20,000 nt of DNA from an uncultured virus (IMG/VR IMGVR_UViG_3300020413_000001) (taxonomy: Duplodnaviria; Heunggongvirae; Uroviricota; Caudoviricetes). The notes below the pieces were generated by a model. It saw nothing but the letters and a program-made list of their open reading frames with translations. It was not told the origin of the DNA and ran no database searches. The stretch lies in IMG/VR virus record IMGVR_UViG_3300020413_000001. The stretch is one strand, 5' to 3'. This document shows, one piece after another, positions 16,717-20,000 of the stretch (positions are counted from its first letter, which is position 1; every line of letters begins with the position of its first letter). The translations under genes were made by a program, and so were the position numbers.

Positions 16717-17756
16717 TATAAACTTGCTAGTCCTCCGTATTTAAAAGTATCCGCACCTAAATCGTCCATTTTGCCTGAACCACCATAAGGATTAGCTCCT
16801 CTAAATTCTGCTCCGCCTCTAAAGTCTCCTCCACTGGTACCATCTGAACCCCCTAATGGAGTACTTTGTGCTATTTTTATATCTCTTTGTCTTTGAGCTG
16901 CCGCTTCTTCTTGTTTTGCTTTTTGTTCTGCAGCAAATTTTTCTTGTGCTTTATTTGTTTTATACATTGTAGAAGCTTCTAACATTTGTTTATATTTAAA
17001 CTGTTTTCTTGGGTCTGCTTTTGTTTTAGCTATTAAATCTGTTATTTCTTCTTCAGTCATCATAGTTCCATCTGGTTTTGTAAATTCTTTATTGTAAATA
17101 TCTATCTGACCTTCAAGATAACCTTTACCTGTAAAGTTTTTACCTGTTAAAGTTTTTACGCCACCAGGGCCATCAAACAACATACCTTGACCTGCTAACA
17201 TATTGTATTGACCTTTCTGAATATTATCCATTCCACCTATTCTGTAATTAGGTTGACCTACTCTAGGATCATTTAAACCTTTTTCTATTTTGTTACGGAT
17301 AAAACTACCGCCTGGTAAAAAACTTAACGCAAAATTAGCAAACCCCGGCAGTTCTTTATTTTTACCTGTCGTCATTTGGTACGCAGTCATAAAGTCATCA
17401 CCTTCATAATTAGGATCCATGTCATACATAAAATTACGAGGAATACCGGATTGTTGAATATTACCATCAAGTCCTCCAAAATAACTTGGATCACCGTAGC
17501 TACCTAAAGCTACAGGAGAAACCGCATTACCATATCCAAAAACATTTCCGCCTGTTGGGTTATAATTATTTTTATTGTTAGCAAAATTCATAAAAGAATT
17601 GGTCGCAGTAATACCTGGACTACTTATTGCTGATGCATTATTAGAAAAATTAAAAGGAGTAGAGTCATTATAATTTAAAAGATACTTGTCCATAGGCATA
17701 AACCTTTTACCTGCATCATATCTTTCCTTATCAACTCCAGTATAAAACAATGACAT
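16716..17756 (-). CDS. 346-aa low-complexity putative internal virion protein
   Basis: Gly/Asn-rich, ends in FKYGGLASL, TAATG overlaps at both ends. Confidence 0.65.
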   Translation of the reverse strand: MSLFYTGVDKERYDAGKRFMPMDKYLLNYNDSTPFNFSNNASAISSPGITATNSFMNFANNKNNYNPTGGNVFGYGNAVSPVALGSYGDPSYFGGLDGNIQQSGIPRNFMYDMDPNYEGDDFMTAYQMTTGKNKELPGFANFALSFLPGGSFIRNKIEKGLNDPRVGQPNYRIGGMDNIQKGQYNMLAGQGMLFDGPGGVKTLTGKNFTGKGYLEGQIDIYNKEFTKPDGTMMTEEEITDLIAKTKADPRKQFKYKQMLEASTMYKTNKAQEKFAAEQKAKQEEAAAQRQRDIKIAQSTPLGGSDGTSGGDFRGGAEFRGANPYGGSGKMDDLGADTFKYGGLASL

Positions 17757-19942
17757 TATCTTCTTCCTCCAGGATGTATATCTAATCTAAATGTACCTAA
17801 CTTCCAGTCTTGACTTGCTGCAGTATTAGATACTTTTAACGCTATAGATCTCGCCCGTAATCTTGTATCTTTTTTTGTTGTAGATGATGTTATATCAAAA
17901 TTTGAAGTAGTTGAAGAACTATTTGGATAAGTTCTGGTTACAAAACTTACTCTAGTAGACCCTGTTTGTGTGATAAAATCTGGTATAAATCTACTAATTC
18001 TCATTATAAATTCACCATCTCCTCTAAGATCCGGCATTCCTACTGTTTGTCCTGTGTTACTTCTACGTTGGGTAATATCAAAATCACCAGAAGTAATTGA
18101 ACCAAGAATAGCGGTTGTTACTCCGCCGGCATCTACCTGGTCGGTCCCTGTTTCTTGTTGATAGTATATTGTACATCCATCTGTATTACCAATAACATCA
18201 TAAGAAGTATTACTATCCGGGTTATAATAAGTTGCATGTGGTTTATCAAATACTGCTGAATCTTGCCATGCTGCACGAGCTAAACTTCCTGTTGTCCATA
18301 TAGGACGTTTAGGACTAGAATCTAAATAGTTGTATGTTACCATTCTATTAACAACATTTGATCCTGATGTGCAATAGAACCAAGTTACTTCTCCAAACAA
18401 ATTATTTAAACCGACATTTATTAAATCTCTGGATGTAAAATTTATGTCATCATAAACATAGTCTTCGACTAAACAAGGTATAGATTTTAATTGACCATCA
18501 TAAGTAAAGAACCCATTCTCAGACATCCAATAAGCTGCACCATCAACCTCTATACATGCATTTTTACCGATCAGTCCACAGTTAGTTCCAACTTGTTCAA
18601 AAGAAAAAGTAAATGGCTGGCCTACAAATTTCATAAGAAACAATGCGGTATCTGTCCAAACATAAATTGCATCTCTACCTTTAATAGCCCCCATAATTCT
18701 AGAACCATCTGCCAGTCTTTGTGTACCAGCGGTGTTATTTGCTTTGACTGTGTAAGAATCTGTTTGGTCAATACTTTCCTGAGAAGAAAATCTTATAAAC
18801 ATATCGTCTTGTGTGGAGCTAGATCCAACGGTTGTTTCTGTTCCAAAAAATACTAAGTGTCGGTCCGGTGTAGATACCAATACGTGACGCGAGGCTGTTG
18901 GTGCGTTGGGTAATAAAGTTGCTCTAATTGATGTTGCGTTTGAAGGAGAAGCATCCCATTCAAAACATGCACCATTATATATAAGGGCAATTAATTTTGT
19001 TCCATAATTATCTAAAATCCATAGACCTGGATCGATTGTAAAGTCAGAAGAAGAAGCTTCTCCCCATGCTACATAATCAGAAATGTTAGTTACTGTTGCT
19101 CCAGCAGTATGGGCTGCTCTTGTAGTTCCATTAACTGCTCGTGCTCCTCCACTTAAGGTCCCTGTTCCCGTGTCATTGTTTGTAAAACTTATGTCTTCCG
19201 ATCCAATTCTAATTTCTCCTGAAGCAGGAAATGCTGAAGTGTTTGCTAATACCACAGTCGTAGTGGCATCATCTGGAAGCGTTGTTGATAATGTAGAAGT
19301 TGCTGGTCCATTAGCTGTACCACCCCATAATGCTGTACCCCAACCAAAGCCACCTAATTGTTGAGAAGGTCCCACATTATAATAACATAAAACCGAAGTG
19401 CTATTACCATCACTTGTAGTTAACGGTGTCCCTGTTTCTTGAGCAGCCATTGTAATTGTAAAAGTAGTGGCTGTTGGAACAGAAGAGACCATATATTTTA
19501 TGTCTTCAAAAGTTGCATTACTGTAAGTTGATCCTGCCGGTACTCCGGTCACACTGTCAAACAAAACAATATCATCTTCTAATAAACCATGGGCCCCGGT
19601 GCATACTACTGTAACTGTTGTTGATGAAGATGAACTTGTAAATTTTGCACCTGTTAAAGTGGTTCTTATAGGGTGAATGTCATAATACGTACCACCTGAA
19701 TATACGTATAAAATTTTATTAGTTCCAATAGCGGCATATTTAATACCGGCATTGTTATCCCAATGATGTAAGGCCCTTCCCGCACCTGTTAATTTATCTT
19801 GTCCTAATTGAGACCAACCACCTATTTTTTCTGGAGTTCCGTATCTAAAACGTACGTTGTCACCATCAAACCATTGCCCTTCAGCTCCGGTTTCTGTAAC
19901 TTGTTTATTAAATCCTGGGGCAAAACCTAGTTTTTGTAGCAT
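17756..19942 (-). CDS. Tail nozzle / DNA stabilization protein (P22 gp10-like beta-propeller) with inserted beta domains
   Basis: PGFNK...GQWFDGDNVRFRYGTPEKIGGW start; propeller-like blades DDMFIRFSSQE, IYVWTD, FEQVGTNCGLIG, AYWMSENGFFTYDG; C-terminal WKLGTFRLDIHPGGRR. AGGA RBS. Confidence 0.7.
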   Translation of the reverse strand: MLQKLGFAPGFNKQVTETGAEGQWFDGDNVRFRYGTPEKIGGWSQLGQDKLTGAGRALHHWDNNAGIKYAAIGTNKILYVYSGGTYYDIHPIRTTLTGAKFTSSSSSTTVTVVCTGAHGLLEDDIVLFDSVTGVPAGSTYSNATFEDIKYMVSSVPTATTFTITMAAQETGTPLTTSDGNSTSVLCYYNVGPSQQLGGFGWGTALWGGTANGPATSTLSTTLPDDATTTVVLANTSAFPASGEIRIGSEDISFTNNDTGTGTLSGGARAVNGTTRAAHTAGATVTNISDYVAWGEASSSDFTIDPGLWILDNYGTKLIALIYNGACFEWDASPSNATSIRATLLPNAPTASRHVLVSTPDRHLVFFGTETTVGSSSTQDDMFIRFSSQESIDQTDSYTVKANNTAGTQRLADGSRIMGAIKGRDAIYVWTDTALFLMKFVGQPFTFSFEQVGTNCGLIGKNACIEVDGAAYWMSENGFFTYDGQLKSIPCLVEDYVYDDINFTSRDLINVGLNNLFGEVTWFYCTSGSNVVNRMVTYNYLDSSPKRPIWTTGSLARAAWQDSAVFDKPHATYYNPDSNTSYDVIGNTDGCTIYYQQETGTDQVDAGGVTTAILGSITSGDFDITQRRSNTGQTVGMPDLRGDGEFIMRISRFIPDFITQTGSTRVSFVTRTYPNSSSTTSNFDITSSTTKKDTRLRARSIALKVSNTAASQDWKLGTFRLDIHPGGRR

Positions 19943-19963
19943 ATAAAATCCTGTTTATTAGCT

Positions 19964-19990
19964 ATTATATTAGATTATAGAGTAATTCAA
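19964..19990 (-). promoter_or_regulatory. Possible promoter for the tail/ejection operon
   Basis: Two perfect TATAAT boxes (19979-19974 and 19969-19964) and TTGAAT (19990-19985). The spacer to the proximal box is only 15 nt, and the region is AT-rich. Confidence 0.4.
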
Positions 19991-20000
19991 TCTATTTTTA

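Noticed and set aside
1976..19364. Other short plus-strand ORFs in the track (e.g. 1976-2281, 4905-5222, 10371-11570, 18491-19364)
   Set aside because: Antisense to well-supported genes, with no independent signals.
1..20000. CRISPR array, tRNA, integrase/att site, intron/intein, DGR, alternative genetic code
   Set aside because: No spaced repeats, cloverleaf, recombinase or reverse transcriptase motifs were seen. Genes are intact and of normal length under code 11, and TAA, TGA and TAG all act as stops.

Overview
A 20 kb piece of an AT-rich tailed dsDNA phage genome with a podovirus-like layout. It resembles marine uncultured or pelagiphage-type podoviruses, but this is inference and the host is not shown by the sequence. 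The left part (1-6793, minus strand) is a replication operon: 120-aa protein, 183-aa protein, SSB-like protein, AEP-type primase with a 4-Cys domain, UvrD-like SF1 helicase, DUF3310 protein, 25-aa peptide, and a family A DNA polymerase (Leu762 type) that runs off the left edge and is missing from the ORF track. One plus-strand SNF2-like helicase is transcribed divergently from a symmetric TTGACA...TGTCAA element. The right part (8277-19942, minus strand) is a tightly coupled virion and lysis operon: tail nozzle-like protein, small virion proteins, several putative ejection/internal proteins, a holin-like protein and an M15 peptidase endolysin. The most notable unexplained signals are a strand-biased GGTCC motif, including a ~20-bp near-repeat shared by two unrelated genes; an RNA hairpin just upstream of the primase RBS; shared PRQGY and xxGG peptide motifs across internal virion proteins; and a possible CARF/SAVED-like first gene. 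No tRNA, rRNA, CRISPR array or integrase was seen.
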